Positions 52,562 to 64,000 of a DNA stretch of 64,000 nt are shown here, piece by piece. The stretch is from Lingula anatina (taxonomy: Eukaryota; Animalia; Brachiopoda): the NCBI GenBank assembly GCA_051362555.1, contig CM120647.1, positions 7,998,001 to 8,062,000 on the forward strand. The letters run 5' to 3'. The first letter of the stretch is position 1. Each line of letters starts with the position of its first letter. The notes below the pieces were generated by a model. That model worked only from the letters and a program-made list of their open reading frames with translations. It made no database searches and was not told the DNA's origin. Made by a program: the position numbers and the translations under genes.

Positions 52562-53047
52562 ATGGATGACAGTGACATATTCCCCGATTGTGCATCAGAA
52601 GATAAGCCCTTGTTTTTTCGAATACCCTACTGTAAAGAAGAGGATAGAGTTCTGAGTTTTCTTGATTGGTCTGGTAGACTTCTCATTAACCCTATACCTT
52701 TAGCCATCAGCGGGTTTTACAGGGACCCGAATGCAACCAAATCTGACGACACGGTCAGTTGTTTTAATTGTAATTTAAACCTAAAGAACTGGGACCCGTT
52801 GAGAGATGCGGAAGATGTCGAACACAAGCGTCACAGTCCACACTGTACTATGAATACAGTCGACAAAAGACAAAATAATCCACTTAACGTTCCACTGCCA
52901 CCCGAAAAGCGACACGAATTAGTGCAGTTGTTTGTCGCATATGAAAAGAAGACAAATTATACACCCAGTACACTGAAAACACTGTTAAATATAGGCTTTG
53001 ATGAAGTAGACAAAACACCAGATCGAATGTCATACACTCTATTTTAA
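52562..53047 (+). CDS. Single-BIR-domain (IAP-like) protein, no RING, ~161 aa
   Basis: RVLSFLDW, LAISGFY, DTVSCFNC-x17-H-x6-C zinc motif (EHKRHSPHC). Confidence 0.85.
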   Translation: MDDSDIFPDCASEDKPLFFRIPYCKEEDRVLSFLDWSGRLLINPIPLAISGFYRDPNATKSDDTVSCFNCNLNLKNWDPLRDAEDVEHKRHSPHCTMNTVDKRQNNPLNVPLPPEKRHELVQLFVAYEKKTNYTPSTLKTLLNIGFDEVDKTPDRMSYTLF

Positions 53048-53169
53048 AAAGCAGTATTCGAACAGGTGTGCTTCATTTATGCGAAACAGTTGAAAGAGGA
53101 AGAATGAAACGGAGACATTAATAAGAAAAACTGTAGAAGTAAGGGACGGACGGTTGAAGACGAAGGGAA

Positions 53170-53548
53170 ACTCTATCATAGCCCTGTTAGTTTGGAAAAC
53201 TTACTGGCACAGAAACATGAGGCACGCAAAGTTAAAAAGAAAACCACACGGAAAAAGTTATTGGCTAAACGAGATGCACAAACGATGAAGCGATTTCCAG
53301 CTGATGATAAATGTGAAAGGGTTGATCTTAACAACATGTCAAAATTTAGTTTCTTGTCAGCAATGCTTGATATATTTTCAAAATACGCATGGGCCGTTGG
53401 TGTAATCGGAAAGAGCAGATCGCGCCCTAGGTCGTTAAGAAGAGTGTACCCGAAAATAGTAGGACCATTACCCCCTCAATCAGATGCAGGGACAGAACTT
53501 ACGAATAGGGAATTTCAATCACACCTTAAACAGCAAGGTATAGCTTGA
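53170..53548 (+). pseudogene. Degenerate Polinton-type retroviral-like (rve) integrase fragment
   Basis: VDLNNM, LDIFSKYAWAV and QSDAGTELTNREFQSHLKQQGI match the rve core around the first two Asp. Internal deletions; truncated before the catalytic Glu. Confidence 0.75.
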
Positions 53549-55769
53549 AATCTGAAAGAAGTTGAGGACTAAACGCTCCGTTGGAGACTGGGTATTAACA
53601 CCATGAATATGACCCAGGCTTCAACCAAGACAACTTTTATTTGAATTGAATCTGCAACTCTTTAGACTGAGGAAAAACAAGTCATAAAAAGAGAAGAATT
53701 CAATTTTAGTTCAATCTGAAAAAGCGATTGGATATTTAGTCTGTGTGACCACCAGAATTTCGCGACGTCACGTTTTCAAAAAATGTGTATCTTGCTTGGG
53801 CTCAAAGTTTTGTAGCACTGCATCGCTTCACCGCCATGTACATAACACGTCGTGCGGGCATGCCACATTACATTTTTAAGTGTTAAAACAAGCCCAAATA
53901 TCAACAGAAATGTAAAATTTCAAAATTTCAATTTCAAAAGGAAGAATAAATGAAAATTATATAATTTGCTTACATGTGTTTTGTAAAATATAAAAACTGT
54001 ATTTTACTTTCAAATGTTTAATTTTGACATCGGTTTCAAAATAAATGTAAAATGAACAAAACCTTAAAAAACTCCATGATATAAAAAATTAATCGCTTTA
54101 CATTGTACATGGACAGAAGTTTAGTGTCCGTGGAAAAGAAATATTTTGAAAAAAGTTTAAAGATTAACAGCAGATTTGAAAATAAGTCCAATTAATTGTT
54201 ATGACTAGTAAGAATTCTTACATAAGTTGCTTCAGATATTTCTTATCTTATTTTTTTCTTATAATTGTTGTTGAAACAAAACTTACGTTTTATGTTTGAA
54301 CGTTTTTCAGATCAACTCTAATTTTAGTCCCCTTCTAAAGTATTAACTAAGAACAATCTTATGTATAAGCTTTTACTTAATTTTTTTAAAGTTTCTTTTA
54401 ATGCTGTACAAGTTCAGGTTAGAATTTATATTAAATCAACTATCATTTCACACATTGCCGGTGAAATGCTGGTTATAGTAACAATTAAGTGTTGCAGTGA
54501 TTTTCTACCCCTTGCAGTAATAAAAGAAATAACTTACCTTTATCAGAACTTGAGTATCAATCGAGCAAATGGTTCTTTCTTCTGCTGTCTGAGTGCCTTG
54601 TACTGTACACAGCTGTAGTATGCTGTATGGATAAACCCTGTCCCGTTTATATAACGTTCAAATTCACATGTCTAGGCCTGTTTCTTCAAATATAGCAAGC
54701 ATGTCCAGGCATGTTTGTTCAAATAATGCAGACCACTGGTCAACAAATCACTGTTTCAGGCCTGAACTACATAGTGTCTATATTCACATGTCCAGGCATG
54801 TTTCTGTTTACTCAAGTAATACAACCAGATGGTCAGCAAACAATACCAATTCTGCTATTCAAAGGATTGATCTCCATGGAAATTTTATTCTTACTCAGCT
54901 ATGACCATGTCTCTTTGGTTGGATGTAAGCTTGTTTAAAGGCCACAACGCATTGTTTACGTGCAATTAGCTACAGGTATCGCAATATGAGCCAAAACATC
55001 TGTGTGATTGTTTAAAAAATGATTTCTTTTTTGCCACCAATCATGCTTGTTGTTTGTGTTACTCGAATTATGGATTTGTGTTTGAATTTCCTAGCGTACG
55101 CGAGTAAATCATTAGTCCCAAACCCTTAGCCTGGGATGTTTCTTATCTCGGCACGAGTGACATCGAAGTTTTTTTATTTGCTGTAACTAAGGACCTGTAA
55201 ACAAAGAGCGTATATTAGGACGGGCGCCGTAAATTCAGTATTTGAAAAACTTACAAATCAAATTTCTCAGAGAACTCTTTCTGATATGATTTAGCTTAAA
55301 GATTACCAAAACTTGTCTAACAAACTCATTTAGAGTTCACAACGCATTGCTTGCGAGCTGAACACACCTGTGCAGCGTGAGTAGCCTATATATATAGTAA
55401 ACACCTAAGTAGGTCAATGCGTTCATTTCACCTTTGACTCCTGATCCATTAACACGCTCAATTCATTCCTCCAGCTCGTATCCCTGTTTGCTTTGGAGTT
55501 GTACTCCTAAACACGAAACAAGAGATTAGACTATAGACGGTTATTTAGGACACACGTCGTATTTGACACAAGCGAGACAGTTGTGATCAAACGTGATACA
55601 AATTAGCCGAGATGGCTTGTATCATTCACAATAACGAGATATCATTGATGAAAAATCACCAAACCAAGGTGAGACACCTTTGCTGACCGACCCCTTTCTT
55701 CCCCTGTTTGTCATTTTTTTCCCTCTCGGACTTGCAGCTGATGAAGGTCATTTTTTTCATTCAGTGTTT

Positions 55770-56956
55770 ATAAAGACATAGGGCGGCTTCGTCACTGTTG
55801 TGCAATTATTGTAATAACATGTCTTGAAATATTGTTCGAAATATTAAAAAAGTTTACAACATCTTTTATTGGGGATTCATGTGTGGTTCTTCCAACTGAG
55901 AATTCAATATTTTAAGACGAAAAATTTGAATCGGAAAAATGCTGTTATACTTTTACGTGAAAGGGAAAATGTTTTCCCATTTTTTAAGTCGAAGAGAAAA
56001 AAAATACCCCAACGTTTACATTTGAACTGGTAAAATGCTGTAAAACTTTGACTTGATAGAGAAAATACTTTTCATTTTTACATTAAAGAACAATGGTGTT
56101 TCATCTGCAGGAGAAAAAATACTCAGATTCTTAAAGACAAGGTGAAAAAATACTGCAATGTTTAACCTTGAATAGGTAAAATGCTGTAGAATTTTTACTT
56201 GAAAGAGAAAAACTCAGATTTTTAAAAATGAAGAGAATACTATCATAAAAATACTGTTAAAATGCTTTGAATTTTGTCACCAAAACGCCTTGTGCTTAAC
56301 AGATTATGTACACCTACAGCGTGCAATACTGTTTTGTTTGTTGTACAAACTAAGGCGATCATTTAGAAATAAAGGGAAAGCCTCATATGAATCAAAATAA
56401 TATTCAATGCAGCTGTGCGTATAAACCACTACAACAGTTGCTTGACCAGCAAACAATACTGCTTTACTATAACACTACCTGGCTCATAGTGTCATTCATT
56501 TAATGCTATCATTCAAATACAGTTTACTTCAATAAAATGGGAGGTTTTAATCTATTTAGTGTTTGCGAACCACAAACTATCACAATACTCTAAGTATTTG
56601 GCTTGCATACTGCTCTCTTTGTGCATTACAATAGTCTCACCTGACTGTTAGCGGATCCTTGTTTGTTTACTATGCATCGCGTTCAACTGAACCGCAAACA
56701 ATGCCACTTCTCCTTTTTTAGATCAATAATAAATGCGGGTCTTTTTTGTTCATCCAATGAAAAACTAAAACAAATCCCTACCTTTCAACAACTTGTGTAT
56801 ACAACAACTATTCTAACCAATATAAACATCTCATTTTTAGTGAAGTAAAACAAAACAAAATATATTATCTTTATTTTTGGAAAAAAAAACTATATATTTA
56901 GAGGGCCATTCAGGGCCATTCCTTTTTAGTAAGGCTCCCGTCCTTTTATTACTACT
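55770..56956 (-). repeat. Right terminal inverted repeat
   Basis: See left TIR. Confidence 0.95.
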
Positions 56957-57680
56957 AATATTGATAAAATGGATGAAATGTTTTGAACTTTACACTCTTT
57001 ACTTCATATTTGTCGATGATTATAGATTCCTTGAGGGGTACGTTCGGGGTGGGGGATTGTCCTGGGGGTATAAGGGGGATTGGCCTGTGATCTTCTACAC
57101 TTAGTGAGAAAGTGCAAGTGGGTAACCGGCAATTCCAAACGTGGATCTTGTATCAAAAACAAAAAAAGCCCTTTTCCACCAAAATGGACTCCCCCACAAC
57201 TCCAGCTTCGTGCGCCGTTCCAATCGATGGGTTCAAAAATGTGTATCACTGTACAGAGTGTGTCAAAAATTACAGAACAAAAACGAGTTGTATGCATAGT
57301 CTGTTACCGACTAAATATAGATAATGTGAGCCTTAAATGTATGTCTAGGTAAAATGCATTCTTTTTTAGGTATGTGTCTATTTGGCAACGTACGCACAGA
57401 AGATTTTGAATTTTTGCATACAAGCAGTGGGTGGTGGCCCTATTGTGCGTGAACTAAGAGTTACATTGTGTGGCAGCATCGTTGGTCTGCTTCAGGGTGC
57501 TAAAGGGATAGGCATTGCCAGTCAGGTAATATTGTATCACATGTGTCACAGTGGCAGTGTTAATTACATAACATATTTTGTTGGAAGTGATGTAGTTTAT
57601 TATATCTAAAAATACCAAATATGCCTCACTCCAAGACACATGACCAACGTCTTGTCGACGCCGTGGCACACAAACAACTC

Positions 57681-57721
<41 letters not shown>

Positions 57722-58036
57722 CCAAGGAATTAATTAAAACGCGACTAATTATACAGCGCACGGCAAAAATATCGGTAAACAACACATAATAATTACTAAA
57801 AAAAATGAAAAATAAATGTAACAAAAATAAATTACAATTAATGCAAGAAGTGAAAAACATACGGAAAGATGAAGAATGAATTATAACAGATAAACAATGT
57901 AAACAACAAATATTAGGAAAGGAAACCTAAAGAACAGAAAAAAATCTCTCAGTAATAAACCTGAAGGTAGAACATGTGTCTCATTCCGAGACAAATGACT
58001 AACGTCTTTCCGACAACGTGGCGCACAAACAACTGT

Positions 58037-58217
58037 CCCCAGTTTCACAAGAAAAAAACAACTTAAGTCAGTTTCCTGGCTTAGTTGACTAGGATTTCCA
58101 TGAGAGTGCTGTTACACTGCTCCTGATAGGGTAAAATGTGCCCATGTGACCATGTAACCATGGTAATTCAGTTATTAGCCAGTGAACCTGTCTTAAGTTT
58201 TTTTGTGAAACCAGGGC
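58037..58217. mobile_element. Short MITE
   Basis: CCCCAGTTTCACAA..CTTAAG / CTTAAG..TTGTGAAACCAGGG inverted termini. Confidence 0.55.
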
Positions 58218-58889
58218 CTGATCTCCGTAACTACATGTACACTTCGAATGCCGTACGAGTGTAATTCGATTGCTGGCTGATATAGGATTTCGGCAGCCAT
58301 CGAGATGCATTCGAGTTGCATTCCGGCTCATTCTAGCAGGATTTGAAGTGCCTAGCCATTTTGGTTCTCCGTCGAACGCGATCAGAATATTTCGAATGCA
58401 GTCAGAATACCCTAAGAATATTTAGAATGCTTTCATAGTGCAGTTAGAATACATTTAGAGTGCCATTCGATATTTTTCCACTCGGAATGCACATCGAAAG
58501 CAAAACATTCGGGTCGGTTACAAGAATGGGTAAAAATAATTGGAATGCACTCGGAATTTTTAGAATGCTCTTTGAATATCCAGGAACGCACAAAGAATTG
58601 TCTTTCTGACGGCATTCTTGGTCATTCCGCCTCTAGTGTGACGGGGGTATTACAGAGGTACACCCCTACCGCAGGGGCTTCCCTTCGGCATCAAAATCTT
58701 ACCACCAGGAAACAGAGCCAGGAAACAGAGTCTCATTACTTACAAATGTATGGCCATTACTTTTCTACACCGAGTACTTTTTTTAGGGGTTACTGTTTAC
58801 AAAAGGTGTGGCATAAAGACAGCCGCGAACGTGCAACTCGCTCTTTATTCAGCAGGAGGCATACTGTAGACGCACCCATCTTTGATGTT

Positions 58890-59370
58890 ATGGCGACGTC
58901 CAGTGATGACTCGATTTTTCCAATACTACCTCCTAATGATAATGCCGTATGTGACAGCAACATGATCACAAAAGAAAACAGCTCTTTTCACGCAGGTGTT
59001 GTCAATTTCGGTTTAACTGTCAATGACCTTGTTCGTTTAAAAAACTATGGGTTGAAAGAATTAATCATACGTTTTGAAGAACATCCTAGATCTCTTGAAT
59101 CTCTAAAATTAACAATTGAACATTATCTGAATGGTTATAAGCAGTTACTGGTGGAGGGCGACAAGGATAAAGTCAATCTGGTAATGGAGAAAGAATGGAT
59201 TGAAATGGTGAACAGGTTAGGTTTGGAAAACGATGACGTCCGTGTCGTTGACGTTCGTATGTATCCTTTATTAAGTCTTTTACGTAAGAAACCATTTGTT
59301 GACAACGAGCCACTTAACCACTTAATTACTGCCACTGTATTAGGGATCGTAAAAATAATTATTGCTGTTG

Positions 59371-59419
<49 letters not shown>

Positions 59420-60112
59420 CAAAGCAAACGTAAAACTATGTCTGCCTTTTCGCCAATCATTTTTCTTAACCTGTCTCTAAGATTCCACATAAAGAAAGAA
59501 AGCCGCAACTTCTTCATGCTGGCAAAGAATGTCTCTGTGCTACACCTCCCGGAAAATGCACAATTGCCTGCTGCGTTTGCTGTATTTCTGCAACATTCTG
59601 TCAAGCCCGTAGTAGAAAAGTCAGCAAAAATATTTTTTAAATCATGGAAACGTTTCGAAAAAGATTGCAGAGAACACTATGACGTGGTACGTGGTCACAT
59701 ATTTAACAGTTTGGTGGCTTTATCCAACGGAGATAAAGAATATAAAGACGATGAGGGCAACCAATGTGAACTTACTTACAGAAACGAGGGCGGCACCGGA
59801 AACTATGAAAAGGTTTATGTGAATTTAGGAAGCTCATTTAAAAATACTGGTGATAATGTACTTAAAAAGATTTGCATAGGGAACCGCGGGTCAGATTTCA
59901 GCATAGTTTATTGGAATCAGACGTATCAAAACAAAGAAAAGCAGACAGTAAATGTTCGTGTGATAGTTAAAAGAAAAACGGAAGATAGACCGAGCGGAGA
60001 AAGACGAAGTCGTAAACGGACTGCCTCGGATAGTGATCCCGAGGCACAAGAAAGAGAAATGAAAAAAATCAAGTTAGTGTTTAAGTATGAGGAACGATCC
60101 GGTGGAAATTAA
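58890..60112 (+). pseudogene. Intronless orphan ORF (~392 aa if repaired) interrupted by (TA)22
   Basis: Removing 59375-59418 joins the two ORFs in frame (IAVAKQSKRKTMSAF). Basic NLS-like C-terminus (RRSRKR, KKIK). Confidence 0.6.
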
Positions 60113-60857
60113 ATCAAGCAAGCCTACAACAGAGTAGTATTCTAGAAATCATATATACAAATAAGTGAAAACTTTGCCCATTTGCCGACTAATATTTACA
60201 TTAGCTCGTCGAGCAGTCGTGTTTAGAAGTTTGCATCAAAAGCGTATATTGCCAGCTTATGACTTAGATAGGGTTTAGAACCATGCCCATTACCACACAC
60301 TGTTATTAGACCTCATTCCCATAGACATCATCGGTCTTCGTAGATCGACACAATACTGCAGGGACTCTCGCTGAGCGTAAACAGCTTAAATGAATGACTC
60401 TTGTTTCCATATTTCATATAGTCACCCGATTTTCTGTATCCTACGTAAGGAGGTACATTATTTGATTATACTGATTAGACTCAGTGGCTCTTACCGCTTG
60501 GTTTCATCTATCTACGAAGAAAGATAGTGTCACTGGTTTTATTCTATATGTTATTGGACTATTTTTAACGGGGAAATAGATAGGGATATATGCACTACTA
60601 TAATTTTCTTCGACATTAGATATCAGTTCATAAAACAGAATAGAACTTCCTTCCTTATGTGAGTTAAAACTAATTTTATCTTCATTGTAATATATTACAG
60701 AAGGGTAGGTATAACTTTTCTTATGTATGTTTTCATTGTATATTTACGCTATACACAGAAAGGGTAATTACAAAACTTAATTTTTTAATGGGAAACACAC
60801 AGGCGTTAGCTAGAAGAAATATTTTTTTCTTATATTCACAAGTATTTCATTCATTCA

Positions 60858-60890
<33 letters not shown>

Positions 60891-61625
60891 GTTATTATGT
60901 TTTCAATATTATTTACATCTCACAAATAAGTGATGCATGGTGTGCAGTGGCTAGGCTGTATATTTGCTATAATGCTCTGTGGCGGGAATGGGTGTATTGT
61001 ACACTGTTACAAATAAAATACTTTCATAAATGAATGATTGACTAATTGCTGTTGTTTTTCCTTATCGATATGTCATGTTGCTTACACTAATCTAAATAAT
61101 TTTCTGTGTGGTGTAAACGGTTTTGGATTTGGGGCAGTTTGTCAAAAAATAAAGCTAAGTAAGAAATAAACCGAAAAGATAATAGATAACGAATTGACAA
61201 AAAGTGTGCTTAACCTGAATGATGAAATTTGACATTTTCAAACAATTTCAGTAAAATATACGTGTTTTAAATACATAAATATATAAAATATATAAATTAA
61301 TAAATATATAAATAAAGACAATTTCAAACTTATCTAAAATAAAAACGGCATATATCAATACGAGAGGTTTTCATTACAGTCTTCTGACAAAGATGACTTT
61401 TCCGTGGAGTAGCCGAAAGAACTGCGGATGTCCGTTGACGGTACACCAAGTATCGCATTGTGTTAGAGAGGCATAAAACACAATCTTACAACTCAGCACT
61501 GTTACTGTTTAGCTCACTTGGATTTTTGGTTTGCAAAGACTATATCAATGGAGAATACAGCGGTGAAGATGACAAAGCATGACTGATACAGAACCAAACA
61601 TACCAGTATAGTTCACGGTTGTAAG

Positions 61626-61794
61626 GCCCGTAGCCAGCAATTTCAAAAGGGGGGTTCGTTTTCTGGAAAAGTGGACCTTTTCCCATAAAAACATCATGTA
61701 CCTAGATCAAATTTTACCCAGAGTGGACCTTTTTCCCAGCAAAAGGGGTGCTTCTTTCGAACCCCCCGACCCCCCCCCCCCTGGCTACGGGCCT
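61626..61794. mobile_element. MITE with GGCCCGTAGCCAG TIRs
   Basis: Inverted termini read directly. Confidence 0.7.
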
Positions 61795-62533
61795 GGTTGT
61801 TATTACGGAGGCACAATAATATGTTTACTCCTACCGTAAAATTATGACATAATTTTGTTAGGATGTGCTTCACCAAAGCAAACTTGTACTGAGTGGATGG
61901 AAACTACATCTATTTAGAAAACGGTAGCAACGGAAGGGTATTCCTTTGCCCATGACAGACGTGTGTGCGTGTCTTCACGTGCGTGTGTGTGCGCGTGCGT
62001 GCATGTGTTAGAGGGGTAGGGGGCAGGCCCCGTCGTCTGCGCCAATAGATCTAGAGACGGTGTAAAAACCAAGCGATGGAATCTTATGTGCTGGCCCTAG
62101 AATGCTCTAGTTTCACAGTCTAATGCCCCCTTGTTAACCTCAATTTGTCAATACGTGTACGTTATCCTTAGCTAAATCAATAACGAATAAAAAATTAATC
62201 TAAAATCGTGTCTCATTGTTGTCATACAATGGCCTATGAAAGGGGACGACACATTGGTTATTATTGACAATCTGCCTCACATCAATGAATTGTACGTTTA
62301 TAATTCACTCAGAAAATCGTTTTTATATTTGAAGTCACACAGGACAAGACTTCGTGTTAGCAAGAGGTTGGATGGACATTATTTTTAACACAGTGTTTTG
62401 TTTCTATTTCAAGGTCAATTCGAGCTCTTGTTACATAGGTGTTGCGTATAAATCCGCGCCGCGTTTATCTAAATAGCAAGACGATCGATTAAACGCTAGC
62501 ATAGCGTCGACTGCTACAGGTAAAAATAAAACA

Positions 62534-63620
62534 ATGGTTAGCAGGCCGGTTTCATATTTATTTTTTAGCGTTATTCTAATAACACAAAATGGACACGAAA
62601 CTGAAGCAGGGTATAACCACAACGTGGCATTCAAACCTGAGTGTGAGCGCAGAGGTGATTATATCCCAAGCAAGTGCGTCTACAACTGGACCATAGACTA
62701 TCGTATGACAGGGGTGTGGTACAACACGAGGAGGAACACGGGAAAACCGGTCTTTAGGTATGATAATCCTGAGCAGTATTTCTACGGGGAACAGTCAAAC
62801 TGCACACGTCTGACGATGTCCGAGTCCGGTGAGTTTATCCCATGATTACTTAGCATGGATAGATCATAAAATGCATTAGGCAATGACGGCTTTTTATATA
62901 TAATTATATACTCCACCACAAGCGCTTAAAGGTATAAAGTACGCATAGAATCCCCATCGATTAATTAATTATTAAAGTAAGTAATAAATTACTTAATTAA
63001 CTAACAACTAAAATACAGAGCAGCTGATCTTGTTTTTTCTCTCTCCAGACCTTGACGATGTCATCATGACCGACGGAGGTTACCGTAGAGTCATCACCAT
63101 TAACGGGCAGTTTCCCGGGGAGACAATAGTGGCTTACAACGGAACGCAGGTATGTAACAATTAACATGTCATGTGAGAATGACAACGTTCTATCTCCATT
63201 ATTGTTTTTTTTAACCCGGAGAACATCGAAAGAAAGCTAAATACAGTGATGGTATTTCCTCAATTTATTTTGTGTCAATTTTCTCTTGTTTATTTATAGG
63301 GTGTTGATTAAGGTCAATTTGAAATTTTTCCCCCGAATGCGGTTCGCATTTGAAAAAATCTTCGTTCGGGCTCATTCTTCTTCATTACTGCTGATTCCGA
63401 ATAAGTGTGACGGGGGTATTACGTTGACATTGTTAAAACACATAAAGACATTTGCAATAACTTTTTCGTTTCAGTTGATAATCAGTGTCACTAACAATCT
63501 AGAAGAAGAAGGTGTGTCCATCCATTGGCATGGCATCGTGCAGAGAAATACTCCATACATGGACGGCGTGGCTCGCATATCACACTGCCCAATCAACCCC
63601 GGGGAGACATTCGTGTATAG
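62534..63620 (+). CDS. Multicopper oxidase (laccase-like), first three exons; continues beyond the window
   Basis: Exons 62534-62828, 63049-63149 (INGQFPG) and 63475-63620 with copper motif [24 protein letters not shown]. Confidence 0.9.
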
Positions 63621-63823
63621 GTAAGGTTATCCGTCACTACCCAATCACATTTGTCGATATATTCTTTTGTTTGGCGTATATGTCAGTCCCAAGTCTTCCG
63701 CCTGGAATTTTATTTGTATGCCATAACAATCCTACATTATTGCTTTTCTGAGAGTCGCCATATTTGATCCGCGGATCTGTTAGTCCGCTGTTCTGAATGC
63801 GCTCTAAATGTGTGTGTGTGGGT

Positions 63824-63878
<55 letters not shown>

Positions 63879-64000
63879 CGACAGAGCGTGAGAGCGTTTA
63901 TTGAGATGACACATAACATCACATACTGCATGTAGAAGATTATAATTTGGCCATGATAATAATTCAAATAAAGATATTTCTATGTTTTTTGTTGGTAATA

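Larger units (their letters stand above)
46133..56956. mobile_element. Polinton/Maverick-type element, capsid-less, 10.8 kb
   Basis: AGTAGT...ACTACT termini and ~1.19-kb TIRs. Flanks AATATA / AATATT (5/6 match to a 6-bp TSD). Contains pPolB and an integrase remnant. Confidence 0.9.

Noticed and set aside
57004-57669. Short Cys-containing ORFs right of the element
   Set aside because: Overlapping short frames with no motif I can support.
58545-58889. N-terminal extension of the orphan ORF
   Set aside because: Begins inside a GAATG-rich repeat; ATG 58890 is the more plausible start.
42000-60112. Endogenous herpesvirus or other large DNA virus
   Set aside because: BIR and orphan ORFs are suggestive, but no terminase, capsid or helicase hallmark is visible.

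Overview
AT-rich, intron-containing invertebrate (probably lophotrochozoan, by inference) genomic DNA, not prokaryotic. From left to right: a tandem cluster of three C2H2 zinc-finger genes (-); a 13-exon cAMP-receptor-like (CrlA-like) GPCR (+) with a small Cys-rich secreted-peptide gene nested antisense in intron 11; a small 2-exon tail-anchored protein; a palindromic Tc1/mariner derivative; a 14-exon HFRGG-motif type I membrane protein; a decayed tandem-duplicated region; a 10.8-kb Polinton/Maverick-type element (46133-56956); an intronless orphan ORF split by (TA)22; and the first exons of a laccase-like multicopper oxidase. The Polinton-type element is the most notable feature. It has ~1.19-kb near-identical AGTAGT-ended TIRs, a zinc-finger-fused protein-primed PolB with one in-frame stop, an 83-bp CCAAT tandem array, a single-BIR gene and a heavily decayed integrase, but no recognisable capsid, ATPase or protease genes. 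Many MITEs and microsatellites fill the gaps. Exon models and alignments were made by eye and need RNA-seq or alignment confirmation.
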